Source: Candidatus Saccharimonadia bacterium (GTDB lineage: Bacteria; Patescibacteriota; Saccharimonadia; UBA4664; JBBRNT01). Taken from it: 64,000 nt of DNA. Below the pieces are notes generated by a model. The model ran no database searches. It worked only from the letters and a program-made list of their open reading frames with translations, and was not told the DNA's origin. The stretch is from the NCBI GenBank assembly GCA_038230095.1, contig JBBRNT010000002.1, positions 101,341-165,340 of the forward strand, written 5' to 3'. The position numbers and the translations under genes are program-made. Positions 18,978 to 28,586 of this stretch are shown piece after piece (position 1 is the first letter of the stretch; every line of letters begins with the position of its first letter).

Positions 18978-19496
18978 TCAGCTGACAGCCTGCTGGGTAG
19001 GCGGAATGGCATATCGCCCACGGTATGGTACCCCGCGCTGCCGTAGGCGGGCGATGGCCTTGCCGACATCCAGTGCATACGTCTGGATGCTGCTATCGAC
19101 TATTAGCTCGATAGTGGATCGGGATTGGTGCTGGGATAGTACCAGACTACTAGGGAAGGACATGCTGATACCAGCAGACTCCTCGCTAAAGCGAATATGG
19201 CCGCGTAGGACCAGGGTACCCTGATTGCCCAGGTAATCACTGAGCCAGTGAGGGTCACTGAGCTCTGGGGCGAAGGTAAACCAGTACGAACCCTTGTGTT
19301 CTGTGGCCAGTGCATCTACCAGGGTCCTGGCCTCGGCACTGATATTGCGCTCGGGGAAGATGGTGAACGAACGAATAAACTCCGGCGGAGGGTTGAAGAG
19401 GACTCCCTCGCGGAATAGCCGGTGAACTGTGGTCAGATCCACGTCTCTGAACACACGGGCGGTTTCGGCAGAAAGAAATACCGGCATCGCGATCAT
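18978..19496 (-). CDS. Hypothetical protein
   Basis: AGGAG RBS before ATG; terminator directly downstream; no recognised motif. Confidence 0.65.
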   Translation of the reverse strand: MIAMPVFLSAETARVFRDVDLTTVHRLFREGVLFNPPPEFIRSFTIFPERNISAEARTLVDALATEHKGSYWFTFAPELSDPHWLSDYLGNQGTLVLRGHIRFSEESAGISMSFPSSLVLSQHQSRSTIELIVDSSIQTYALDVGKAIARLRQRGVPYRGRYAIPPTQQAVS

Positions 19497-19643
19497 GGTG
19501 GTCTCCTACTGTGCTTGGGTTGTCGAATGGGCTTGGGTAAACTTCAAAAATTGTCAGAGAGCAATGCTTGCGACTCACCCACTGGTCGCCGGTTTTACGG
19601 AGTTCGCTGTGCTACCGCTGGTACAGGTGGCAGCGGGGAGGCC

Positions 19644-20057
19644 TTACGAAATGCGGCTTATGCTGGCCTGCACAGTGTTGAGCTGAGCCAGATCGGAATC
19701 CCAGAGGTCTAGGCAGCCCAACATGGTGCTCCCTGGATCAGGGTCGTAGCACAATACGGCGCCACAGATGCGGCCGTCGGTGGCAGTTACATTGCAAGGT
19801 GCCTCTATTTGGGCGCGGTGCTCATTGGGCAGTCCCACTCCACCCGTGGGCAGATCGATCTGGAACCACACGCCAGGCTCAGATCTGGTATGGGTGAGTA
19901 GCCGGGCGTCTTTGGGGTGATCCACGCTGCAGCAGCGGTGGGCGCGGAGCCAGATCTGGGTGGGCGTGGCCGCGTAGCCGTAGCCTTGCGAAACCGTGGG
20001 TAGGCTGGCGAGCAGCGCAATGGCTTCGGGAGCAACTTCGACATGGATGCGGGGCAA
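19644..20057 (-). CDS. Hypothetical Cys/His-containing protein
   Basis: GAGGAGG RBS before TTG; promoter TTGCCA(20116-20111)-17 bp-TATAGT(20093-20088). Confidence 0.65.
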   Translation of the reverse strand: MPRIHVEVAPEAIALLASLPTVSQGYGYAATPTQIWLRAHRCCSVDHPKDARLLTHTRSEPGVWFQIDLPTGGVGLPNEHRAQIEAPCNVTATDGRICGAVLCYDPDPGSTMLGCLDLWDSDLAQLNTVQASISRIS

Positions 20058-20123
20058 GGGAGCCTCCTCGGTTCGGTGGACAAGGCCACTATAGCCCCTT
20101 GGTGTGAGAGTGGCAAGCGTAGC

Positions 20124-20975
20124 CTAGCGACTGACCCACTGGCCAGCGCCCAGATTGCGGACCTTACCGGTAATCTCCATTAGGGAGATTAGGCCTGCAA
20201 ACTGGCTGGCGCTAAAACCAGACTCGCGGATAAGGGCCTCGCCAGCATGGTGGCCAGTGCGGAGCAGGTCCAGCAGTACCGCCTCTTCGGCCGATACGGC
20301 CAGGGCCATTGGGCGGGCATTGGTCTCGACCAGGCCCAGGGCATCCAAGACATCTGTAGCGCTGGTGATGGGGATGGCGCCGGCGCGGAGTAGATTATTG
20401 GGCCCAGCGCTCATGAGACTGGTGGCGTTGCCGGGTACGGCCATGACGAGGCGGTTTTGTTCCAGTGCAAAGTTGGCCGTAATAAGTGAGCCGCTCTTCG
20501 CCGCCGCCTCCGGTACAATGACGGCGAGCGACAGCCCGGCAATAATGCGGTTGCGCGAGGCGAACTGCTGCTTGAGCGGCGGCGTACCGGCTGGGTGCTC
20601 GCTGATAAGGGCTCCCCTACTGGCTAGAATGCTCTTCGCTAGCTCGCGGTTACTGAGCGGGTAGATCTCGTCGAGCCCACCGGCCATGACGGCAATGGTA
20701 GTACCACCCGCCTCCAGAGTGGCGGTGTGGGCAATAGTATCTATACCGTAGGCCAGTCCACTGACGATAACTACTCCTGCTCCGACTAGCTCCCTCGCCA
20801 GCTGGGTAGTCATTTCGGCGCCGTAGGCGGTAGGCGTGCGACTGCCGACAATGGCCACTAGGGGTCGGTCATTTGGAACATGGCCCAAGGCGTAGAGTGG
20901 CCGAGGTGGGCTGGCTATCTCTCGTAGGCTATCCGGGTACTCTGAACTTTGGTAGTTTATCTCAGCAATTTGCAT
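20124..20975 (-). CDS. dprA: DNA-processing protein DprA
   Basis: VAIVGSR, IVSGLAYGID, FASRNRIIAGLS, SGSLITA; ATG 20975 preferred over TTG 20999. Confidence 0.95.
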   Translation of the reverse strand: MQIAEINYQSSEYPDSLREIASPPRPLYALGHVPNDRPLVAIVGSRTPTAYGAEMTTQLARELVGAGVVIVSGLAYGIDTIAHTATLEAGGTTIAVMAGGLDEIYPLSNRELAKSILASRGALISEHPAGTPPLKQQFASRNRIIAGLSLAVIVPEAAAKSGSLITANFALEQNRLVMAVPGNATSLMSAGPNNLLRAGAIPITSATDVLDALGLVETNARPMALAVSAEEAVLLDLLRTGHHAGEALIRESGFSASQFAGLISLMEITGKVRNLGAGQWVSR

Positions 20976-20983
20976 AATAATTG

Positions 20984-21012
20984 TTGACAATGAAGGCAAT
21001 GTATGTTAGTAT
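20984..21012 (+). promoter_or_regulatory. Sigma70 promoter divergent from dprA, with no downstream CDS
   Basis: TTGACA(20984-20989)-17 bp-TAGTAT(21007-21012) with TG extension. Confidence 0.7.
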
Positions 21013-21018
21013 GGAGAG

Positions 21019-21234
21019 CATACACAAAAACGGTACCTAATACAACCATAAAAACATACTAATTCGCCTGCGACATTGTCTAAATGCACCCTCCTTTAGC
21101 GCAATACGCTCAGGCGAATTAGTCCCTTCGATCACCGGCGCCATTATTATATGAGGTGACCGTTACGCTATTAGCGAGTATCGAAGGGTGTAACAAAAGC
21201 CCGTTGGTAACCACCTGCCACCGGGCTTTTGTTA
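21019..21234 (+). ncRNA. Candidate structured small RNA, family unknown
   Basis: Follows the promoter; stems 21058-21123 (13-bp perfect base), 21124-21188, and terminator-like 21191-21234; no ORF. Confidence 0.55.
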
Positions 21235-21301
21235 TGCCAATATTTTGTAAACTCTTTGCTAAGAGAACAATTGCAATGAGCGGATGAGGTTGCTCTAGAC
21301 T

Positions 21302-21877
21302 CTATCCGAGGAGTTGAGAGGTACCGACGCTAGGGGCTTGATGCGCCGTAATAAGCTCCGTAATGGTGGTCGCAGCTGCTGCGGCAATTCTTGGCAGACC
21401 AGCGGCTTCCTCGGCGGTAAAGGCCTGTAAAACATAGTCTACGGGCTCTATAGGATGGCGGAGTAGAGGACCCGCAATACCGAGCCGGAAACGCCAGTAG
21501 TCAGGCCCGATGGCCGCAGTGATAGAGCCTAGGCCATTGTGGCCAGCGTCTCCCCCACCCTGTTTTATACGCATTTCTCCAAAAGTAAGATCAAGCTCAT
21601 CGTGCAAAACCCAAACATCTTGGGGAAGTATTTTGTAGAATTGCACTAATGCTCCAACTGCCTGTCCCGACAGGTTCATATAGGTGTCTGGCTTGGCGAG
21701 GATTATCTTCTCGCCATTTTCGTTGTGCTCTACGACGGTGGCCTTGAACTTACTATTAGTGACTGGCCAAAGCAGATCGAGCTGGCTAGCTACGGCGTCC
21801 AGGACCATGAAGCCTAGATTGTGACGCGTAGAACGGTACTCGGTACCATAGTTTCCTAGTCCGACAATGAGCTTCAT
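21302..21877 (-). CDS. pth: Peptidyl-tRNA hydrolase
   Basis: LIVGLGN, TRHNLGF, YMNLSG, HDELDL, GHNG. Confidence 0.97.
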   Translation of the reverse strand: MKLIVGLGNYGTEYRSTRHNLGFMVLDAVASQLDLLWPVTNSKFKATVVEHNENGEKIILAKPDTYMNLSGQAVGALVQFYKILPQDVWVLHDELDLTFGEMRIKQGGGDAGHNGLGSITAAIGPDYWRFRLGIAGPLLRHPIEPVDYVLQAFTAEEAAGLPRIAAAAATTITELITAHQAPSVGTSQLLG

Positions 21878-23202
21878 TACTCTTTGCCCTCGCGGGTATC
21901 GCGGAACTCGAAGCGGATGGGTGTGCCGACGAAGTCGAACTCGACGCGCAGTTTATTTTCCAGATAGCGCTTATATGAGAAATGCATAAAGCTGGCATAG
22001 GTAGAGAACAGTAGAAATGTGGGCGGCTGCATGTCTGTCTGGGTGACGTAACGAATTTTCGGTTGGCGGTTCTTCAGGCCAGCCGGAGGGTGCTCGGCGG
22101 TAACGCGCTCCAGCCAGAGATTAAGCTTGTGTGTAGGCAGCTTGGTCTTACGGCGCTCGTGGATCTCGGTGGCTAGCTTGAGGATCTGGGTGACATGCTC
22201 ACCGGTAACGGCGGAAGTGAAGACCACGGGTGCCCAGGGCGCAAATACGAAGTCACGCTCAATCTTACGGATAAGGCGGGTCTGGGTGCGCTCGTCCTTG
22301 TCCCCCACGGCATCCCACTTATTGACGACAATTATCAGGCCCTTGCCGGCTTCGAGGATCTGGCCAGCTAGGTGGTGGTCCCCAGCGACACTCAGATCGG
22401 TGGCATCCAGGATGAGGCAACAGACGTCGCTGGTCTCGATGGTAGATAGAGTGCGGGTTACACTGTACTTCTCGATCCCCGCTTCAATTTTACCCTTACG
22501 GCGGAGCCCAGCGGTGTCGAGCAAGGTAATCTTCTGACCAAAAGCGGCCATTTCCAGATCACGCACGTCGCGGGTGGTGCCAGCGGCGCTGGACACAATA
22601 GCTTGCTGTTTACCAGCCAGGCTATTGTAAAGGCTGGACTTGCCAACATTGGGTCGGCCAATGAGGGCGATACGGAGAGTTTCCTCCTCGGCGGGACGAT
22701 TGGCCTTGGGAAGATGGGTGGTGACAGCGTCGAGCAAGTCGCCAGTACCAATACCGTGAACGGCCGAGACGCCCACCTGGGTCTTGATGCCCAGACGGGC
22801 AAACTCGGCGTCGATCTGGCCCTTATTGGTATCTACCTTGTTGACGGCTAGGATAACGGGCTTACCGGAGCGGAGGGCCATCATAGCCGCAGCACGGTCC
22901 TGCTCGGTCGGCATGACCAGGGCATCGACGGTGACAATAAGGCAGTCAGCCATACGGGCGGCACTCTGGATCTGGTCGGCAATCTGCTCACCTAGCTCGG
23001 ATAATGTGGTCTCGAGCCCGGCGGTGTCGATAAGCTTGAAGGCGCGGCCATTCCACTCCACTACGCCGTGGACGGCGTCGCGGGTAGTACCACTGACCTC
23101 TGAGGTGACGGCTTGGCGGCGGCCGGTGAGGCGGTTAAACAAGCTGGACTTGCCGACATTACTGCGGCCGACAATAGCAACGGTAGGCATGGTTACTGCC
23201 AT
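21877..23202 (-). CDS. der: Ribosome biogenesis GTPase Der (EngA)
   Basis: Two tandem G domains (GRSNVGKS, GRPNVGKS; GTTRD; DTAG; NKVD/NKWD) and KH-like C-terminus. Confidence 0.97.
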   Translation of the reverse strand: MAVTMPTVAIVGRSNVGKSSLFNRLTGRRQAVTSEVSGTTRDAVHGVVEWNGRAFKLIDTAGLETTLSELGEQIADQIQSAARMADCLIVTVDALVMPTEQDRAAAMMALRSGKPVILAVNKVDTNKGQIDAEFARLGIKTQVGVSAVHGIGTGDLLDAVTTHLPKANRPAEEETLRIALIGRPNVGKSSLYNSLAGKQQAIVSSAAGTTRDVRDLEMAAFGQKITLLDTAGLRRKGKIEAGIEKYSVTRTLSTIETSDVCCLILDATDLSVAGDHHLAGQILEAGKGLIIVVNKWDAVGDKDERTQTRLIRKIERDFVFAPWAPVVFTSAVTGEHVTQILKLATEIHERRKTKLPTHKLNLWLERVTAEHPPAGLKNRQPKIRYVTQTDMQPPTFLLFSTYASFMHFSYKRYLENKLRVEFDFVGTPIRFEFRDTREGKE

Positions 23203-24116
23203 AATACACTTCCTTCGAGATAGTTGATCAGACGGGTAGTTTCTCCAAAGCGGTCCGGGCTACCCAATATGACGGTAATGACGCTATGGCCATTTACCGA
23301 GGCCAAGGCTACGACGGATTCTCCGGCAGCTGGCGTATACCCTGTCTTTATACCAGAAAATCTGGCATCTTTCAATAGCTGATTGGTGGTTGCCAGAGTA
23401 TAGCTATGGCCATTTGTAGCCTGGATGGTCTTTTGGCTGGTCATAACCAAGGAGCGGACAGTGCTATTAGATAGGGCCAGGCCGGCCATGCGGACGAGAC
23501 TAGCCGCTGTGGCATAGTTGTTGTCGTCCACCAGGCCACTGGCGCTGGTAAAGTGGGTCCCCCCAATCCCCCAGCTAGTGGCCAGCGCATTCATGCGCTC
23601 GGTGAAGGCGACAGTAGTGCCGGCGTCCCAGATGGCGAGCGCATCGGCGGCATCATTGGCCGAGGGGATAAGCGTGGCAGCCAGGACACTGCGCAGGCTG
23701 AGCTGCTCCCCCGCTACTAGATGGATCTGGGCTGCATCTGGAGCATAGCTGGGTAAGGGTGGAATAGTCACGGTCTCATCGAGGCTATGGCGCGACAAGA
23801 TGACGAGCGTGGTCATGAGCTTGGTAATGGAGGCAATTGGGCGCTGGTCAGTGCTATTCTTCTCAAACAGCACGGCGCCTGAGGCGGTATCTACCGCTAG
23901 GGCAGCCTTGGCGCCAAGGGCAAATGAACTGCTGCCGGTGCTGGTGAGTGGCATGGCAAGGGCGGTATAGGTAACCGGTGCCGGCAGATGGCTAGCAGAA
24001 CTGGGAGCGGCTGGTATTGCCCAAGAAACCAGGCTGTTGCGGAGTCCTGCTGGTAGGTGGCTGGTAAGCCCGGTGAGCTGGAGAGCCAAGAGTAGAAGTC
24101 CAACCATAGTGCTCAT
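23193..24116 (-). CDS. D-alanyl-D-alanine carboxypeptidase (peptidase S11)
   Basis: ASITK, SAN, KTGYT motifs; N-terminal signal. Confidence 0.9.
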   Translation of the reverse strand: MSTMVGLLLLALQLTGLTSHLPAGLRNSLVSWAIPAAPSSASHLPAPVTYTALAMPLTSTGSSSFALGAKAALAVDTASGAVLFEKNSTDQRPIASITKLMTTLVILSRHSLDETVTIPPLPSYAPDAAQIHLVAGEQLSLRSVLAATLIPSANDAADALAIWDAGTTVAFTERMNALATSWGIGGTHFTSASGLVDDNNYATAASLVRMAGLALSNSTVRSLVMTSQKTIQATNGHSYTLATTNQLLKDARFSGIKTGYTPAAGESVVALASVNGHSVITVILGSPDRFGETTRLINYLEGSVLWQ

Positions 24117-24781
24117 GCCAGCTCCTCGGGCGCTACCACGCGGTAGGTGCCGGCGGCGAGATCACCTAGCTCTGCCTGGCCAAACCGGTCGCGGTGGAGG
24201 GTAAGTACAGTATGGCCCAGCGCCTCTAGGGTGCGACGGATCTGGCGGTTGCGGCCCTCGCTGAGCTCCAGGGTGAGGACACGGCCCTCTAGGACGGCCT
24301 GCATAGTGCTTAGACCATCTTCTAGCTCTACGCCGGCTTGTAGGCGTGTAGCTAGCTGCGGCGTGGCAGCGGGCGTTACGGTGACTCGGTAGCGCTTGGT
24401 CTTGCCGTACCGTGGGTGGGTCAGTCGATGGGCAAGCGGCCCATCATTAGTGAGCAGCAGTAGGCCAGACGACTGTTTGTCCAGGCGACCAACGCTAACT
24501 AGGTCGTGCAGCTCCGTTGGAAGCAGCTCGTAGATGGTGGGGTTGTTCCCCTGCTGGCGCCGGCTGCAGACATAGCCAGTAGGCTTATTGAGCATAATTG
24601 TGCGGACGGGCGCCGAGTGCAGCACAACTCCGTCGAGAGCAATTGTCTGAGTGTCTGGTTCTGCTGTCTGGCCCAGAGCGGCGATCTTGCCATCAACTGT
24701 GACACGCCCGCCGGCAATGGCGGTATCTGCGGCGCGCCTAGATAGAAGTGTGGCGCTTGCTAAGTATTGATTAAGCCGCAT
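24113..24781 (-). CDS. rluB: rRNA pseudouridine synthase, RluB/RsuA family
   Basis: S4 domain RLNQYLA...SRR, LNKP, GRLD, EGRNRQIRR; follows scpB. Confidence 0.88.
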   Translation of the reverse strand: MRLNQYLASATLLSRRAADTAIAGGRVTVDGKIAALGQTAEPDTQTIALDGVVLHSAPVRTIMLNKPTGYVCSRRQQGNNPTIYELLPTELHDLVSVGRLDKQSSGLLLLTNDGPLAHRLTHPRYGKTKRYRVTVTPAATPQLATRLQAGVELEDGLSTMQAVLEGRVLTLELSEGRNRQIRRTLEALGHTVLTLHRDRFGQAELGDLAAGTYRVVAPEELA

Positions 24782-24782
24782 G

Positions 24783-25313
24783 CTACTCCCCGCCACCGGC
24801 CGGCGAAGCCACTGGTTCTAGAGGAGGCAGGTCACCAGGACTCGAGAGGCCGAAGAGGTGCAGAAAGTGCGCAGTGGTGCGATAGGTCAGGGGGTGGCCA
24901 GCCTCGGGCAGCTTCTCAGCCTCGGCTACCAGCCCACGAGCTAACAAACTCTTCAGGGTCTGGTCGCTAGAGACACCCCGAAGGAGCTCTATGCCGGCCT
25001 TGGTAATGGGCTGCTTCCAGGCCACTATAGCGAGCGTCTCCAGAACTGGCTTACTTAGGTCTGCGCGGGTTTGGCTGCCGAGGAAGGCATTAACGGCGCT
25101 GCTGGTGTCGGGGTGGGTTACCAGCTCGTAGCGGCCCGCATGCACAACTAGCCGCAGGCCACTATCCTGGGTACGCTCCTGTAGGGAGGAGAGAGCCGCT
25201 AGTACGTCCGGGGTGGCTACGCCAAGGCTAGTAGCGATCTGGGCAGGGCTCACCGGCTCGGCTGCTACAAACAAGACGGCTTCTATCTGGCGTGATAATT
25301 GCTGTGGTGTCAT
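24783..25313 (-). CDS. scpB: SMC-Scp complex subunit ScpB
   Basis: IEAVLF, LETLAIVAWKQPIT, RGV, YRTT..FL..FGL. Confidence 0.95.
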   Translation of the reverse strand: MTPQQLSRQIEAVLFVAAEPVSPAQIATSLGVATPDVLAALSSLQERTQDSGLRLVVHAGRYELVTHPDTSSAVNAFLGSQTRADLSKPVLETLAIVAWKQPITKAGIELLRGVSSDQTLKSLLARGLVAEAEKLPEAGHPLTYRTTAHFLHLFGLSSPGDLPPLEPVASPAGGGE

Positions 25314-25990
25314 TTTGACACCATCATAGCACCAAACTGTCCGCTCTGACTGACCGACAAATCGGCCGATTTGACCAGCTCCAGGATGGCGAGAAAGGCT
25401 ACTATTAGCTCGGTACGGTCGGATAGGGCCTCTAGGAAGGGCCGAAGCGGTTGCGGCTCGGTGGTAACATAGCTTGAAAGGCGGTCCATCATGTCCTCGA
25501 GGGTTATGCTCTCGCCAATACCGTTTTCGGCCACCGCAGGTAAGCGGCTTACAACGTCGGCAAAAGCCTGGGACAGGCGCTCTAGCGAGACGTCACCCGG
25601 GGCTAGGCTCGAGAGGGGTAGCTCAGGGGTAGCGCTTCGGCGGTGGCTACGCGGCCCGAACTGCGTGAGTGTATCTAGATAGCCGGCAGCTTGCTTATAG
25701 CGTTGGTACTCGCCAAGCTCTTCGCGCAGCGCCTGGACCTCGTCGTCGCTCGCGCTTTCGGTAGTAGGTAGCAAGGCCAGGCTCTTAATGTAGGTCAGCC
25801 GTGTGGCTAGCTCCACGAACTGGTTAAGCTCGGCCGGGTCATGTAGATTCAGCTCGGCAAGGTGCCGTAGGTATTGATCGGTGACCTCGGCCAGTGAAAT
25901 AGTGGTAATCTCCAGCTTAGCTCCCTCCACCAATTGCAAGAGCAGGTCGAGTGGACCCTCAAAGTTCAGCAAGGCTACCTGGTACGTCAT
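25310..25990 (-). CDS. scpA: Segregation and condensation protein ScpA
   Basis: FEGPLDLLL, FLAILEL. Confidence 0.95.
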   Translation of the reverse strand: MTYQVALLNFEGPLDLLLQLVEGAKLEITTISLAEVTDQYLRHLAELNLHDPAELNQFVELATRLTYIKSLALLPTTESASDDEVQALREELGEYQRYKQAAGYLDTLTQFGPRSHRRSATPELPLSSLAPGDVSLERLSQAFADVVSRLPAVAENGIGESITLEDMMDRLSSYVTTEPQPLRPFLEALSDRTELIVAFLAILELVKSADLSVSQSGQFGAMMVSK

Positions 25991-25992
25991 AG

Positions 25993-26607
25993 CTAGATAA
26001 TGGGTGGTGGAGTTGCGCTGCTATCCGGGGTAGCTGGCTCGGTGGCAGCTACTGTAGGCTCGGGGGTGGCTTCTGGTGCTGGTTCTGGCACCGGTTCTGC
26101 TGCTGGCTCAGCGGGCGTAGTTTCGGCAGGTGCAGGGCTAGCTGGCATAGGAGCTGCAGCGGCCTCGGGAGTAGGTGATGCTTCCGGTGTCGGTGTAGCA
26201 ACGGGTGCGGCAACAACTAGTGGGGCGGTTGGCATAGCAGCACCGCCCAGTGCCTCCCGAACAGCACCCACGACGTCTTCAAGCGTGACTTGGGACTTAA
26301 TAAGATAGCGATTCACGCCCAGAGCCTCACCGCGGGCGCGGTCGGTGTCTTGCGATAGGGCTGTCATCATAATAATCTTGGTGTCTTTGGTCTCTGGCGT
26401 AGAGCGGAGTATGTCCAGCACATCGAAGCCACTAATCTTGGGCATCATGACGTCTAGGACAATCAGATCTGGACGCTCACGCACAGCGGTAGCTAGGGCC
26501 TCTTCGCCATCGGAGGCGGTAATAACAGTGTATTGCTCGGCCATGAACCGCGCGGAGTAAATATCGCGTAGATTAATATCGTCTTCGACAAGTAAAACTT
26601 TAGCCAT
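25993..26607 (-). CDS. Response regulator: receiver domain plus Pro/Ala/Glu-rich tail
   Basis: VEDD, LDVMMP, TAL, YLIK; no DNA-binding domain. Confidence 0.9.
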   Translation of the reverse strand: MAKVLLVEDDINLRDIYSARFMAEQYTVITASDGEEALATAVRERPDLIVLDVMMPKISGFDVLDILRSTPETKDTKIIMMTALSQDTDRARGEALGVNRYLIKSQVTLEDVVGAVREALGGAAMPTAPLVVAAPVATPTPEASPTPEAAAAPMPASPAPAETTPAEPAAEPVPEPAPEATPEPTVAATEPATPDSSATPPPII

Positions 26608-26681
26608 ATACTACAGATACCCTCGGTTATGGAGCTTATATTTGCGCAAGCTTCTTGGTTGTAAGCATAACAAGTGCGGTG

Positions 26682-28442
26682 CTACTTGGCAACCTCGGCC
26701 GGAAGAGCATCATTGGTGGCTACGGGCATGGCAATCAGCGGCGCGCGTACTTCGGTCTCAATGCGGTTGGCCGTCTCCTGTACCGTGGCCGCTTCATTGG
26801 CAATGCGGGGTAGACTGAAATTGAAGCTAGAGCCCTTGCCCAGAGTGCTTTCTACCCAGACGCGGCCGTTGTAGAACTCTATAACCTGGCGGCAGAGGTA
26901 GAGGCCCAGCCCGGTGCCCCCGACCGTACGGGTAGCAGTGGAGTCTACTCGGTAGAACTTCTGGAACAGGTGGCCAATGTCCTCCTGCGATATGCCAATA
27001 CCGGTGTCTATGACCTTGACGGTGACGGTATCCTTGGTGCCGGAGACATCAACAGTCACACCGCCAGCGGGGGTGTACTTCAGTGAGTTCTCTATGAGAT
27101 TCATCACAACTTCGCGAATACGCTCTTGATTGGCCGTGACGGTGAAGAGCGGCAAGATGGCTTTGTCGCCGAGGGTCTGTCCGCCGGACTGCATGAGCAG
27201 CGTCAGCTTCTTCTCGGCGGCCTTGAACTGCATGTCTGAGACCACTTCCGTGACTAGCTTGCCTACCTCGACAGGCCCAATCTGACCACCTATCTTGCCG
27301 TCTTCCACCTTGGTGACTGTGAGCAAGTCCCGGAATAGCTCGCCCAGGTGGCCGGTGGACTCGTGGGCCTTGGTGAGGAAACCGCGGGCACGTTCATCGA
27401 TGGCGGCGACATTATTATTCATGGCCAGGGAAATGTAGCCCTCAATGGCAGCCACTGGCGTGCGCATTTCGTGGCTGGCGGTGGAAATAAACTCATTACG
27501 CTGACGCTCCACTTCCTTTTCTAGGGTAATGTCTCGGAACAGGGCGATGCCACCGGAAATGGCACCATTGGCGTCTAGTATGGGCGAGACTGTCATGGTG
27601 AGCGGTATCTTGTGGCCACCCTTGGTCATAAGGCTGAGCGTATTCTTAATGACGGTTTGCTTACTCTGCCAGGCGGCCACAAACGGATCGCTTAGATCGC
27701 TGACTTCTTGGTCATCTGGGGTTTTGAGGCCCATCACGGTGCGGTAGTCCAGCGAGGTGGCACTGTCGGCGTCCCAGCCGGTGAGGGCACAGGCGGCTGG
27801 GTTGAAGAGCTGGATCTGGCGTGATGGGTTCACCACCACAACGCCCTCACCCATACTATTCATAAGTACTTGGGCTTTTAGCTGCTCCTCGCCGAGCTGG
27901 CCGGTAAGGCTGACCATATTGGCCCCCTGCTTGAGACTGGATTGGGTGCGCCGCAGTAGGAGCTGGGCAATAATACCGGCGAGCAGCGTAAGCGCTAACT
28001 GCGGCAGGTGCGCCATGACGTAGGCGTTCTGAAGCTTGTGGCCGAAGAAATCTTGAATGTAGTACACCAGGGTAGCAGCCAGAGCTATGGCAATATAGCG
28101 GGTGCCAAACAGCCCTGTGACCACAATGACTAGGAGGAGCAAGGCATTGTAGGGCGAGTCGAGGCCGCCAGTGCTCGCAATAATGAGGATAATATTGGCA
28201 ATAGTAATGACTGACAGTATTAGCGTAGACAGCGTCAGATTTAGCTTCTTGGCAAACTGATGAATGCTCAGGTAGTAGGCCAGCGCAAGCGCGCCCATAA
28301 GGGCAATAATCCAGGTTAGCGACACATCGCGCAGCATGTCTGGGCGTAGCTTGTAGAGCGCCACAATAATCACAGCAGCGCCCCCACCCAATATGGCTTG
28401 GACGAGCGCGAGGAGGCTGAGACTGCGGCTTCTGGTATCCAA
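26682..28442 (-). CDS. Membrane PAS sensor histidine kinase
   Basis: Multiple TMs, PAS, H-box ASHEMRTP, N-box NLIENSLKY, DTGIG, GTGLGL. Confidence 0.93.
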   Translation of the reverse strand: MDTRSRSLSLLALVQAILGGGAAVIIVALYKLRPDMLRDVSLTWIIALMGALALAYYLSIHQFAKKLNLTLSTLILSVITIANIILIIASTGGLDSPYNALLLLVIVVTGLFGTRYIAIALAATLVYYIQDFFGHKLQNAYVMAHLPQLALTLLAGIIAQLLLRRTQSSLKQGANMVSLTGQLGEEQLKAQVLMNSMGEGVVVVNPSRQIQLFNPAACALTGWDADSATSLDYRTVMGLKTPDDQEVSDLSDPFVAAWQSKQTVIKNTLSLMTKGGHKIPLTMTVSPILDANGAISGGIALFRDITLEKEVERQRNEFISTASHEMRTPVAAIEGYISLAMNNNVAAIDERARGFLTKAHESTGHLGELFRDLLTVTKVEDGKIGGQIGPVEVGKLVTEVVSDMQFKAAEKKLTLLMQSGGQTLGDKAILPLFTVTANQERIREVVMNLIENSLKYTPAGGVTVDVSGTKDTVTVKVIDTGIGISQEDIGHLFQKFYRVDSTATRTVGGTGLGLYLCRQVIEFYNGRVWVESTLGKGSSFNFSLPRIANEAATVQETANRIETEVRAPLIAMPVATNDALPAEVAK

Positions 28443-28586
28443 TATTATCCTTATGCTTCAGCTGGTATTATGGCTGGTTTTGGCCAATGTTTCAATCCAA
28501 AACTGTTCGTCGACCTAGATGGTCTTGGTATAGTTAATGGCTTCTGGGTGGGATAATTGCCGGAAATACGGTAGTATAGTCACACT

